Source: Pseudovirgaria hyperparasitica (taxonomy: Eukaryota). Taken from it: 64,000 bases of DNA. The number at the start of each line of letters is the position of its first letter. Position 1 is the stretch's first letter. The stretch lies in assembly GCA_010093815.1 (NCBI GenBank), contig ML996588.1; one strand, 5' to 3'. A model generated the notes under the pieces. That model was given only the letters and a program-made list of their open reading frames with translations. It made no database searches and was not told where the DNA came from. Made by a program: the position numbers and the translations under genes. Of this stretch, positions 1 through 13,513 are shown one piece after another.

Positions 1-880
1 TACCTTATATAAACTTATTAGATATAGTAGAGGTTAAGTTTATAGTAACTACCTTAACGGGAAGCGGGTTAGTAAAGTCTATATATTTCTAGAGATATAC
101 GATATAGAGAGTATTAATATAACTAGTAGTATAGTAGCGCGATTCCTAGATATATTAGTTAAACTACTTAATAACTCGGGTAGAGGTAATATTAATACTA
201 TTAGTAGCCTTATACTATTACGTATAGCGGGTTAAAGGTCTAGTAATAAGACTTATATAATAGATAGATTCCATGTCTACGAGCTAGAGCATGTCCTATA
301 CTCTATATAGATTATATTATATTAGTTAGTTATAGATAGTTTATTCTAGTTAAACACGTATAGTAATTAGAGAATCTATAACGAGGTATATAACCTAGAC
401 TTCTAGGCTATAAATAGATAAAATGTAACTATAGCGTTAAAACATAGGCGCGTATCGTAAGTCTATCGCTATCTACTACCGCCTACTATAGTATACTAGT
501 ATATACCGGTATATAGCGGAAGTAATAGTTTATATATAGTAGTACTTAATAGTCGTATTCTATACTAGGATATCTCTAAGAAATAATTATAGTTTATTAT
601 AATTAGTTCTATAAAAGACTTATATTTAATAACTATCTATAATTTTAGCTAAGGAGTATCTAGGGATATACCTCCTTATTATCTAATAATTACTAGCTAG
701 TATAAGAACTCCACGTCTCTAAAAGGGGTATATAGAACTTAAAGGATCCTTATTTACGGGTAGAACTAGATATAGATAGTATTAATCTAATATAGATAGA
801 TTATATATATTAATACCCTAAAATCCGAACTATATCTCTAGGTCTACTAGACCTAGCTTATACCCGATTCTAATATTTTC
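1..880 (-). pseudogene. RIP-mutated intronless ORF relic, unknown product (runs off the left edge)
   Basis: One minus-strand frame reads as protein (e.g. RDVEFLY*LVIIR**GGISLDTP, TYDTRLCFNAIVTF). Its stops are TAA/TAG, explainable as CAA/CAG->TAA/TAG or TGG->TAG by RIP. Strand and start are approximate. Confidence 0.35.
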
Positions 881-899
881 GTTATCTACGTTTATACCT

Positions 900-1035
900 T
901 ATTAGATACTAGGTATATAATAAGTCTATAGTTAAGTAAGTATTAGATACGTAATAAGTCTATTAATAAATAAGTGCTAGGTATATAACAAGTCTATATA
1001 AATAAGTATAAATAAGTATATACCGGGTATATAAC
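900..1035. repeat. Degenerate direct repeats (CTAGGTATATAAYAAGTCTAT / AAATAAGTAT) in the spacer between divergent ORF relics
   Basis: Three to four imperfect copies at roughly 35-45 bp spacing. Confidence 0.6.
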
Positions 1036-1109
1036 GCTCTTACTAGGGAAACATCTTCCTTAAGTATCTCCCCCTTCTAATATTTCTTCTTCTCTTTCTT
1101 TATTCTTTC

Positions 1110-1920
1110 TCTAGTCTTATAAGTATAGTTAGACTTATATTACTATATTATTAATATATATATTCTTATATAGACTGTTAGAAACTATAGTAACTAGATA
1201 TATATTCTTATAATAGATAAATATACCGTACTAATACGTTATATTATTCGTGTTTAATATAAGGGTTTACTACTATAATTATTTATTATTACGCTCGTCT
1301 ATCTCTTCTTAATAATAGTACTAATTAATAATAATCTATTATAGAGATAATAGTTAGTATTATATACTTCTCTTAAATATTTATATATTAATATTATATA
1401 AGTATATGCTTCGCGGAGGTCCTCTATCCTTCCCTTAAGCTATCTAGACTATTCTCTAATCGCTAGAAACTCTTATATCTAACTATTTCTACTATTTATT
1501 CCTTGGTTCTACTTATTAGGCTTCGAATAATAGCGAACTATAATAGATTAGTAGTTATCTATATTTCGCGTACGCCGAGTTAGCATGCCTAAATATAATA
1601 GATAATAGTATATTTATAATAGTATATACTAGATCTTATAGTATTCCTCTTTAGCGGTAGATCCATATAGTCGTAAAGACGGTCTACTATTCTATTATAC
1701 CTATATACTACGCTACTCTTTTATTATATATAGATAGTATTACTAGAGTAGAGCTATTATCTATTATACTTAACGTTATATATAGAGTATTATATATTTA
1801 ATATCGTTATTTCACGTTCTCTATGTTAGTACAGGATCGGATACTAGTTATATATTTCCCTACCTCTATTAAATTAACGAGTTATTACTAATAACTATAC
1901 AGACTACTCGCGTTAATATA
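1110..1920 (+). pseudogene. RIP-mutated intronless ORF relic, unknown product
   Basis: Plus-strand frame through the ATG at 1406 reads MLRGGPLSFP*AI*TIL*SLETLISNYFYYLFLGS...FAYAELACLN...FTFSMLVQDRI, with RIP-type stops. Boundaries approximate. Confidence 0.35.
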
Positions 1921-4010
1921 GCTATAACGTACGTATTATATCTATATCTATTATATAGAGTATATATATTATCTCTCTATTACCCTAGTAATATACCCTA
2001 TTCTCTATTCCGTCTACCTATGGCCACGTCTAGCTAGCCGTGAATAAATAGCCAAGTAGAAGTAAGTCTTAACATGCTTTATATATTTAGGGCGTCCGAT
2101 AGGTAGAAACTTTAGATACACATAGAAGAGTTAATTTAAGAGGAATTTACTAGCCTATTACTAAATCTACGTAGTAAGGAAGTAAAGGACTACTATATAA
2201 AATAAGAGTATTACCTCTAGATAGTCACGGATAAATATATATTTATTAATAGTAGTTATACTATTTCACGGGTAGATACTATATATTAACTTAATACTAT
2301 ATTCTTAGTATTTACGCGTAACTGGCGGCGGTTAGCTAAATACTATTATATACGTTAAAACGATACCCTAGGCTAGATAAGCCGTTATAATATTATATAT
2401 ACCCTATAAACCCGCCTAATATATCTAGCTAACCTAGTTATTTAACTATTAGACTACTAGTATCTATATCTTCTAAAGTAGCCGTACCGCTATATTATAT
2501 ATATATATCTATAGTCCTTATCCGCGATCGTACTTAGGTTACCCTAGTACTAATAATAGCTATATAGAATAGTATAACGCCGTTAAATGTTAAGGGTATA
2601 AAAATACATAATATAGTAGGTCTTAGTATAAATAAACTATTAGAATTTATTAGCTTATCTTTAGATATACTAGGGAACGTAGACGGTTATAGACATAGTC
2701 GCGTCTACCTAGAATATCTAATTCTACTAAGTAAGTCGAGTAATATAATTCTTCGTAAGGATAGTTTAGACTAGATATTATAGTAGACTATTAAATAGGT
2801 ACTAGGCTTAGGACTAGATCGGGTGGTTTTCCGCGTGGGCGATATAAACGGTATATTTAGAAGTCTACTATAATATATTAACTATAATCTAACTATATAG
2901 GAACATCGCGCTATAAGTATAGTAGTAGAATTCCTCTGTCTAGCGCGTATAGATAAGCTTAAGATATATATATGCCGATAGATATTGGTATATATTAATA
3001 TATTATAACTACTAAGCGGCGTATACTAATATATGCCGGTATATCTAGTATATACCGGTATAATGCCGTCGCTCTTCCGTAGACCTAACACTATTTATAT
3101 ATCTTAGGTTTTCGGTTATCGGTTATATATAGGGTTATATACACGGTAGATATCTTACTAGATTTAGGTCTTTCGTTAATAGTATATAGGTACGCCCTAG
3201 TCTACTTAATATAGACGTAGTTAACGCTTTATCTACTTAAATAATAGACGTTAATAATAACGCGACTAGTAAATTTACCTATTATATTATTAGCTAGCTA
3301 ACATTATATTAGGAGAGTTAAGCGCTACTATCCCGCCTACTCTACCCGTTAATATTAACATACTAGTAATTATAATCTAATCGCCTTACGAATTAATATA
3401 TAATACTAGTATACTTAAGAGTTCGAGCGAATATATAAAAGTCTAATATTATATACTATTTAGGGCCGGGGAGAAAGCGCCTACCGGCGTAGTAGTTATT
3501 AAGGCGATAGTAGAAGTCTATATATAACTAGACATACTAAGTCCGCCTCCTTCTTATATAGTCCTATTACTAGATAATATTACCGGTTTTAATATTATAG
3601 GAGAGGAGTTTATAGACACGAACCCATGAATATTAGTATAATATTAGCTTAATAGTATATATTATAGTATAAAGTAAGTTATATTTAAGCGGTAGTTAGA
3701 TACGTGCGTCTATATACTAACGGATATATAGTATCTCTACTATAAATAGAATAGGTAAGGCATAGCTAGTAATATCTTACTATCTAGAAGAGATAGTTAC
3801 CGTAGAATTTAGGAGATAGACTTAGTATCTATAGCGTTAGTATATTAGACGGCTAAACTTTTATATAATACTATTTACTTATATCTATATTTACCTAAGC
3901 CCCGATTCGATAGCCTTCTATAATATACTATATACTTAGTCGGCGAGCTACTAGACTTATATAATAGTAGTATACTACCCTACTTTATATACTACTTAAG
4001 CTACTATTAC
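1870..4010 (-). pseudogene. RIP-mutated ~700-codon intronless ORF, unknown product
   Basis: Single minus-strand frame over ~2.1 kb with TAA/TAG stops only and many C-ending codons (e.g. SWVRVYKLLS, YYAGRRFLPGPK, STEERRHYTG, TEEFYYYTYSAMF, YIAHAENHP). Confidence 0.45.
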
Positions 4011-4142
4011 TTTAGCCTACGTTAATCTTAGCTTCCTTTAGTTATCCCTATATTATAAAAGAAAACTTCTATAAACCTTTCCTCTACTTATCTTAGTTTT
4101 TAAATCTAAATCTTACCTTCTATACTTTATTCCGTGTTAATT

Positions 4143-7003
4143 ATAACTATATATAAATGCTATATTAAACTCGACTCTATTAACCCTTAAGGTCCATTCT
4201 ATATAATAGTTAACGAGGTTATATTTATAGTTTATAATATGGATTAAGAACTCGTTACATTCGGTAATATTTAGGACTAGTCTACGCTTAACCTAATTAA
4301 GTCCTATGTTTAAGCCGAGTCTTACGTTTAAGCTAATTCTTACGTTTAAGCCGAGTCTTATGTTTAAGTCGAGCCTTACGCTTAAGCCGATTCTTACGTT
4401 TAAGCCGAGCCTTATGTTTAAGCCGAGCCTTACGTTTAAGTCGAGCCTTATACTTAAGCTAATCCTTACATTTAAGCTAAGCCTTATATTTAAGCCGATC
4501 CTTATATTTAAGCTAAGCCTTACGCTTAAGTCGAAGCTTATAATATAACTACTATCTCGACCGATAATAAACCACTTATCTTTAGTATACTTACTAGTAA
4601 CTACCGTTCTAATAACGAGTATAAACTTAAGAAGGTCTAAAGTAGTAAGGCTTCCGTTCCTATTTATACTACCTATTAGATCTCTCTTATATAGGGCGAT
4701 CTATAGTTAACCTTTAGGAATGTCTATAGTATTAGTAGAGAAATAGATGGACTTAAGTAGGAATAAGCAAAAACTTAAGCCGAGCTTAAGCTAGTAGTAT
4801 TTAAGGCTCGTAGTAAAGGTCACGGGTTTAAAGAGTTAATTAGTTATATATATAGATTTCTTAAATTCTCTAAGTACTACTCTTAGATTAAGTTACACGC
4901 TCGCTTCTAATAGATTAATAAAGGGAAATCGGTATCCTTAATAAGCTTACTCTGCTTTAATTATACTAATATCCTTCTATTATCCGACTACTCTATAGTA
5001 TAGATCTTTAAGATTAAGTAAGTAGGTAACTTTATTAAGTATTTTTCTAAACTTTCTAATCTTATTATAAGCGAAGCGGATAAAGCTAATATACTATATA
5101 CTAATACCGGCCTCTATAAAGACCCTCGCGACTTTTAGATTATTAAACTTATAGCTAGCGAGCTTCTTAGTATAGGTTTTACTATTCTATTATATATTAG
5201 ATCTAATATAATATATAAATAAGTAAAGTAATTCTTTAAAGATCTAGATACTTATACTATAGTTTATATCTTGCTACCGCTACGTAACCCTATGGATCTT
5301 ACCGGCTTTAATAATAAGCTTAAACTAGAGAGCGATCCGATTAATTCATAGTATATAGAAGTTACTACTCTCTATATATAATATAGTATAATAAGTAGGC
5401 CGGACACTTAGCCCTAGATCTCTATTCCCTACTACGAGTTATTTAATAAGAAATTTAACTATCTAATATATATTACTATGAGTACCTTATAAGACGAATA
5501 GGCGGATCTTCTATTATCCTAATTCTAAGACGTTACTATTAGATATATCTAGCTCTTAGGTGTTACTAGGGCGCTCTTAGCTATTATCTATTCTATTAAT
5601 ATAAAAGAATTCTATTATATAGAACTAGGTAGTCGTGGGTACCTTAAAGTAGATTTAAAGAATTATAATAATAACGTATACCGCTTTAAAGTCCTTCGAT
5701 TTCGCCTAGGCGTCCTTCTATTTAAATGCCTTACTCTAAAAGTCTTTAATAAGGTTAGGCGTCCTCCTAAAGTACCTAAGATACCAATTATATTAATGGA
5801 TATAGTTACTAATATAACTTAAGCTCGTCCTAAACATTTTATTTAGACTAGTAACACTAGTTTAAGTATAATTAGATCGTCCCTTACTACGCTTATAGGG
5901 TTTATAGACGTTCCGGCTTTAGTTAGCGTATAAACCTATGATAAGCTTACTAAGTAATACATTAATACGTGCTAGAAACTAACCTACTACGCCGTGTAAG
6001 CTTCTAGAGATGGCGGCGTAGATAACTACGCCGCTTAGGATACGTTTAATATAATAGTCCTTAATATTATTATAGACTTAGTATCTATATCTCTAATATA
6101 TAGGCCCGCTAACCCTAACGACGAGATTCTAGATCATAGTATAGAGGCTTAGAATACCCTTGTTACTCTTTCTAAACTATCTATATCTCTAGATAATAAT
6201 AAGAATACGAATATAGAATATAGTCACGATGTTATTAGCGACGAAGGTTCTATTACTAGCCCCGTTACTAATATATATATACTTCTAATATTATCTAAAG
6301 TCTACTCTAGTATTCTATCCCCTTTACTACTCTCTATATAGAATCTAATACTTAGTAATAACTACCTAAATCTTTAACCCGTCGACTATAACCGCTACAT
6401 TAAAGATTCTAACAGATTCTATAATCTCTAGAATATTATATGTTTAGAACTATCTCTCTAATAATAGTATATCTATATATAGGCGACGGACGTACTTAGG
6501 GCTTAGTTTCTACTTCACGGCTATAGAGGAGCTAGAAAGAGCCATTTATAGCTTCGTCTACTACTAGCTATACTTCTAATTAATAAAATAAATAGTACTT
6601 CTATTATCGCTTATACTACTAAGGTAGTTATCTTATCTAGTAATATAATAGCGCACCTCCCTATACTAGGTTCCACCTAAATATATAGAATATATATATA
6701 TATTATTATTAGTCTAACTAACGAAACCTATAACGACGCTATAAGAAAAGTATATAAATATATAAGTAATATATTTACTTACTATAAGTCTCTAAAGATA
6801 CTAGTTATTCTTTAAAGATACCCCGAAGCCGTTAATTAAGAGGTTTTCTTTACTATAGCTAGACTATCTCGTCGCGGTAACTCTCTTATTAGGCCAACCT
6901 AGAACGATATAATAGACGGTACTATCCTTGTGTAAGCTTAGACCGACCATAGTAAACGACTATTAGAATATAGCACGGATCCTTATGCTTATCTATAGAA
7001 ACT
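4143..7003 (+). pseudogene. RIP-mutated >950-codon intronless ORF with HVQAEP-like hexapeptide repeat, truncated by the Gypsy LTR
   Basis: Single plus-strand frame (codon starts divisible by 3) reading e.g. DGLK*E*AKT*AELKLVVFKARSKGHGFKELI, NTGLYKDPRDF*IIKLIASELL, ASRDGGVDNYAA. Stops are RIP-type. It ends abruptly at the LTR. Confidence 0.5.
4303..4545. repeat. 18-bp tandem repeat, ~13 units (consensus CCTTACGTTTAAGCCGAG)
   Basis: Directly visible periodic units. They also produce the periodic 4306..4548 ORF in the track. Confidence 0.95.
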
Positions 7004-7532
7004 TATAATAAATTACCGGCTAGAGCTACATCGAGATATATAGACTCTAGTACGAGTAGTATAAGAGATAGTATAACACGTAGAAAAGGTACCTATAATA
7101 CAATAGATAGCCTTAGATAACTATCTAAGGACAAGGTAGGCACCTATAGGGAGAGCTAATTATAGATACTTAGAATAGGTATTCTAAGTAGCCTACTAGG
7201 TAATTAGAAATAGAATATTAGTATTCTAAGTAATATACTAAACGCTTAGAATAAATATTCTAATTAGAGGACCTTAGTAGAACTATATAGAACCTTTAGA
7301 CCCGATCTCTAGAGATAGTTCTATAGTAATTAATTTAAACTTATACTAATATAATTACTACTTCACTCGCCTACTAGCTAGTTACTATTTATACCCTATT
7401 AATACTTACTATAAACCTACTTACACCCCTTAGAGCCTTCTAAGTACCTTTATCTTTAGAAAAGCCGGGATACTCTATATAACGGACTACTTTAGAGATA
7501 AGCCGCATCCTTAGTAGAAAAGGTTTATTATA
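7004..7532 (+). repeat. 5' LTR of Gypsy-1
   Basis: Direct repeat of 13514-14041 with termini TATAATAAA...TTTATTATA (RIP-modified TG...CA). Confidence 0.9.
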
Positions 7533-10500
7533 GTTTAATTACTTCTACTTAGACTCTAAAGTAAGTATTTATACTATCTATTTAAATATAAAATAGTAAA
7601 TGATAGATAGTCCTTATCTTTATAAACCACCCTATAAGCTCTAACTATAGAATAAGTTAGAAACCTTATTATAGAGCTAGAGAAGTAAGTTATAGAGCTC
7701 CGGAGGGAAAACGTTAAACTTAGAAAAGCTAAAGAGGGCTTTAAAAGAAGAATCCTAGAACCTTTTAAAGATAAGTAAAGTAAACTCTAAGGATTTCTAA
7801 TATAGATTAGAACGTACCTCTAGGCCTATTAAATTCAGGACCTAGAAGAATAAGTTATATTTACTACTAGACTACTAAAGGGAGACGTACTCGTGTAGTT
7901 TAAGCCCTACTTAAGGGACTTTATAGAAAATAACCCGTAGGATTAATAGAATAATACTACTAAGGTCTTTAAATACTTTAAAGAATTTAAGGAATATATT
8001 AAGATAACTTTTAGAGATATAGATAAATAAAGAATAGCTAAGAGAAGGATCTAGTAAATAGTCTAGATAAAATCTATATCTAACTATACCTCTAAATTCT
8101 AATAAATCTCTAGTTAGCTAGGATAGGACGATAAACCCCTAATTCTCTAGTTCTATACTAGATTATATAATAATATTAAGGACGAAATCTCTAGAGAAAG
8201 AGACCGTCTAACTAACCTCTAAGAGTATATTAAGCTTATAGTCTAGATTAATAACTAAGTATATAAGAGACGCTATAAGAAAAGGGGAAAAAAGATCTTT
8301 TAACCTATACTTAAATAACATACTTAGAAGGGTTATATTAATAAAGCCCTAAACTATCTATATAAGAGATTCTATAATAGACCTATACTAATAGAACTTA
8401 GTACCTTATAGATAAAATATCTATCTAATAAGGAAAGGGAATAACTAAAGAAGGAAGGTAAGTATCTCTACTATAAAGAAAAGGGATACTATACCTACGA
8501 ATGCCCGAAAAATAAAAATAAGAAAAATTAGATTAAGGACCCGGTATTAAGATAAGGAAACTTCGCTATAGAAAAAGAAGAAGTACCTTATATAGCTATG
8601 TTATAGACTAGTTATACTAATAACCTCTATTTTATATATAAGTTAGAAAAAGATAGTATAGATTAGTATCTAAAGAAGAGAAACGTCTTAATAGCTAGTA
8701 AATAACCCCTCTTACTTTACGAAAAAACGGAACTATAGAAATACTTAGATATAATAAGAAGATCTAAACTAACTAAAGAAATAGTATGTAAAGAAGTAAT
8801 AATTAAAGGAAGTACTATAGAAGAGAATAGTAAGGAAGAAATCCTTACTATAGAGGAACTATATAATAAGTTAATAATAAAATAAGACCCTATTACTTAC
8901 TATATTATCTATAGCTATAGAAAGTATATAAATAAGGATAATAGAGACTTATCTAGAAGAGGCGTAGAAATCTAATTAGAAGATAACTAACTTATTTTAC
9001 CCTACCACAAGGAACACGGTAAGACTTCCTAGATTACTTATATCTATAATAACTATCTTCGCTACCTCTATAAGAAGCGAACCTAGAAATAGTTCCTACG
9101 ATAGTATTAAAACTAAGTAATCCTTAAAGCCTTTAAGGATAAAGATATATAATAGTATAAAATAATTACTAAGGAAGCTAATAAAAACTACTTTATATTA
9201 AGACGGGTAGAAAACAAGACTTATCTAGAGAACTAATATACCTAATGTCTAGACGTTACGTGCCGAACCTATCTAATATCTAAGGCTATTATATAGTATA
9301 ACCTTTAAGTAGACTTAGATAAAATTAAGAAATAAGTCTAATCTATAATCTAACTTATATAGAAAATAGAATAGAAACTTAGTAAGCTATAAAAAAACTA
9401 GGAAGGCCGGATATACTAAGAGAAACGGCCGAGCTAAAAAGAAAATCTCTTATATCTATTAGTAGCTTAGATAATAAAATATAAATATCTCTTAAAATTT
9501 AGCTCTATTAAAAATACTCTATTAAAGTACTAATTAATAGTAGAGTATAGTCTAATTTTATCTCTCTAACTATAGTAGATAAACTAAAAATACTCTATAA
9601 TAGTAAAGAAGAACTATATAAATTATCCACGTTTAAAGGACTCGATATATAATATACTAATAGAATAGTATACTTAGAAATAGAACCTCTAGATTTAGTC
9701 TTAATAGTAGAATACTAATAATTATAACTAGATATAGCGGAGCTAGAATAATATAACTTAATTCTAGGAATACTATAGCTCGAAGAAGTTAACCCTATAA
9801 TTAACTAGAAAACTAAGGAAATTATACCCTAGAGAACGTTAAGACCCTTAGAAACTATTAGAGAAGAAGTAGAGATTAATAAACCCGTGAAGGCGCTAAT
9901 AACCGGGAAGTCTATCTACTATATATAGAAGCTTAATAATAAGTAAGGTAATATAAAGAGCGGACCCTTACGTAAGAAATATATAGTATAATAAAGTATA
10001 TCTATAGATAAATAGATTTAAAAAATAAATAATATACTTATACTAAAGGAATACTACTAATATTATATTATCTTTAAAGAAGAACTTAAGACGGGACTAC
10101 TAAAGTATAGTCTATATAATTATATAATAATACTCTAACCGGGAATAGCACCTACATTTAAAAGTATATATTAACTTACTAAAAAATAGCTAGAAATAAT
10201 ATAATAATATATTAAGAAAATAGAAGTAAAAGGATATATCTAACTCTCTAAATTATCTATAGAATATCTAATACTCTTTATACTAAAGAAAGACGGAAGC
10301 GAACGACCCTATATAGACTATTAATACTTAAATAATATTAGTATTAAAAATAGATACCCTCTACTCTAAATTAATAAATTATAGAACTAACTTATAGAGA
10401 CTTAGTACTTTACTATAATAGACTTATAAGAAGTCTATAACCTTATATATATAGTAGAAGGAGATAAATAGAAAATAGCCTTTCGGACTTAATATAGCTA

Positions 10501-12904
10501 CTATAAATATCTAGTAATACTATTTAGGCTAACTAATATACTAGCTATATTCTAAGTACTAATTAATGATATACTAAGAGAATACCTTAACTACTTTATA
10601 ATAGTCTACCTAGATAATATATTAATTTACTTAAGAAACCTATTAGAGTATAGAGAATACGTATATAAGATACTTTAGAAATTATAAATAGTAAACCTAC
10701 TAGTAGAATTAAAGAAGAGTATCTTCTATATATAGAAAGTTATATTTTTAGAATTTAAGATTATACCTAGAGAAATATAAATAGACCTAAAGAAAATTAA
10801 GGCTATTAAAAATTAGAAGTAATCTAAAATAGTTAAGGAAATCTAAGGATTTACTAGATTTATAAACTTTTATAGAAAATTTATATATAACTATTCTATA
10901 AAAATAGCCCTACTATACGAGCTTATAAAGAAGAATACAATATTTAAATAGAGACTAAGATAGAAATAAGTATTTTAATAGCTAAAAGACTCTATTATAA
11001 CTAAACTAATATTAAAGATATATTAAATAGAGAAACTCTACGAAGTAGAGATAGATATATTAGAATTCGCTATTAGAGGGTAGTTAATCTAAATAGATAA
11101 ATAAGAGAAAAGATATTCTATAGTATTTTACTCCCGAAAGTTCTAAGAATTAGAAATAAACTAGCTAATCTATAAAAAAGAACTCTATACTATTATTAAA
11201 TACCTTAAGAAATAGAGAAGCTACCTCTATAGATTAGGCTATATAATAAAAGTATATACTAACTATAAGAACCTAACTACCTTTACTATAATAAAGGAAC
11301 TCCGAAAGAAATAAATTAGTTAGTATAAGCTTCTTATAGAATTTAATATCTAGATTATATACTATAAAGAATCCGAAAACGGAAGAGCTAATACTCTTAG
11401 CTAATAAGCGGAATACGAATAAAAAGAACCTACTATAGAATAAGCTATACTAGAGGTTACTAAAGACGGGAACCTTAGGCTAATATAATATATTATAGCT
11501 ATATAAAAAGAATTTATACTTAAGAACCCCGAGAGAAGAAGCATAATCCCTAGAGATAAGGTCTACTATTTTATTAAAGACTTCTATAAAGATCTAATAT
11601 ATAGATATTAAGAAGAAATAAAAACTTATAAGAGATTTAAGAGATACTATACGACTTATAAGGAAAGATAAGTTATTAAGAAAGTAATATAAGACTATAT
11701 TCTATATAGTAAAAGCTAATCTAATAGATATAAACTATACGGAGAACTCTAACTAATTCCTCTACTATTATATACTTAGAAAATAATCTCTATAGACTTT
11801 ATAATAGATCTACTACTCTTAAAAGAACTAGTTTCGTGAGTATAGTATAACGCTATACTAGTAGTAGTAGATAAACTTATAAAGTATATCTACTTTATAC
11901 TATACTAAAAGAATATAGATATAGAAGAAATAGCCTATATATTCCTATAAGTAGTTATAGCGAACTATAGATTATCTAATAGTATTATATCTAATAGAGA
12001 TAAGCTCTTTATATTAAACTTTTAGAAAAGTCTAGTATAATAGCTTAGAATAAATTACTAACTATTAATAGTCTATTATCTATAGACGGATAGATAAATA
12101 GAGATTCTAAATAGAATATTAGAATAATATCTATAATACTATATTAATAAATAATAAGATAATTAGATAGAACTACTACTACTAGCTTAATTTATCTATA
12201 ATAGCGCGATAACCTTAATAACTAAAACCTTACTATTCTACGCGAACTATAGATTTAACCCTATAGCTAGCTATAATTATAAACTAGAATAATCCGTACT
12301 AAAGGTAAAGATTAAGGTAGAATAACTATATAAGCTACACTTAGAGTTATAAACTAAACTTTCCTTTATAAATAAAAGAATAGTAAAATATATAAATTAA
12401 AAAAGAATAAAGGAACTATCTCTAAGAGGAGGAGACCTAGTATTCCTTATATAAAAAAATATTAAGATATAATAACTAAATAGTAAACTAGACTTTAAGA
12501 AAATTAGACCTTTTTAAATAAAATAAAAAATTTTAGAAGTTAATTATAAACTATCTTTACCTTAGAATATAAGGATATACCTAGTATTCTATATCTTATT
12601 ACTAGAACTAGTACTATATAATATAAAGATTAAAACTAATATTAAGGCTATAGATAAAGAATTTAAAGTTAAAAAGATTCTAGAATCTAGAATTAGTAAT
12701 AAAATACTAGAATATCTAATTAAGTAGAAAGGATACGGACATAAATTAAATACTTAGAAACCTAGGAAATATTTAATAAACTACTAGTAACTATTATAGA
12801 AGTTCTATTAAATAAACCTAGACTTACCTAGTCCTCTATACTAAGCTAAGAATTATTAAACTCTAAGGAAGGATTCGGAACCTTCTTAACGGTAACTCTC
12901 TATT

Positions 12905-13404
12905 ATTATTTAAGTCGCTCCTCCTTCTTCTTAAGGTCTATTACTAATAGATTCTAATAAAGTATATTATTTTAATAATACTCTAATAGCTTCTACTATT
13001 TCTCTAAACGCTCTAGATGCGCGAAGGTAGTCTAAGCGTTCTACTAAGCTTTTTGCTAGATAGTAGCCGTACGTTCTTTCTCTAGCTTAAGATAAGTCTT
13101 TTTAGAATAAATCTTCTTATCTAGAAATATTACTTACTAGCTCTAATAAAAAAAAAGAAAACTTATAAGATAACTTACTTAAAGTCTTAATTCTATACTT
13201 ACTCGCTAAATAATCTTAATAAATATACTCTAAATACTTATCGGACTTTATAAATACCGCACTATAAGTTAAACTATATTTCTTATAAAATAAGTAAGGG
13301 AAAGATATCTTATTACTCTTATAATTAATTAAGATAGATAAAGTAACTCTCTATTTTACTAGATTAGACTTAGAAGACTTAACTAATTTTATAACTCTAG
13401 ATAT
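12905..13404 (-). pseudogene. Antisense accessory gene of Gypsy-1: Cys6 (Zn2Cys6-like spacing) plus coiled coil, one intron, RIP-mutated
   Basis: TAY codons (RIP of TGY) at C-x2-C-x6-C-x9-C-x2-C-x9-C spacing, then GTAAGT...TTCTAG intron, then LKLEKERTATI*QKA**NA*TTFAHLERLEK**KLL. Confidence 0.65.
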
Positions 13405-13513
13405 AATAGAAGAAAAGGAAGAAGGGCTCCTTACTAAAGGAAGTTAGAATAACCCTCTACTTATAAGTAACTATAGAAGTACTTTAGAATGAAGTACCTT
13501 AGAAGAGGTATTA

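Noticed and set aside
3462..3510. APTGV motif resembling PIF1 helicase motif Ia
   Set aside because: No upstream GxxGTGK or downstream DE box in frame. It lies in the codon-aligned antisense shadow of the minus-strand ORF.
4306..4548. 80-aa track ORF (FKPSLT repeats) as a real gene
   Set aside because: By-product of the 18-bp repeat; the frame does not extend beyond the array.
1042..7003. One continuous ~2000-codon minus-strand ORF
   Set aside because: The 4.1-7.0 kb part reads better on the plus strand and the frame changes near 1.9 kb, so separate divergent ORFs are preferred.
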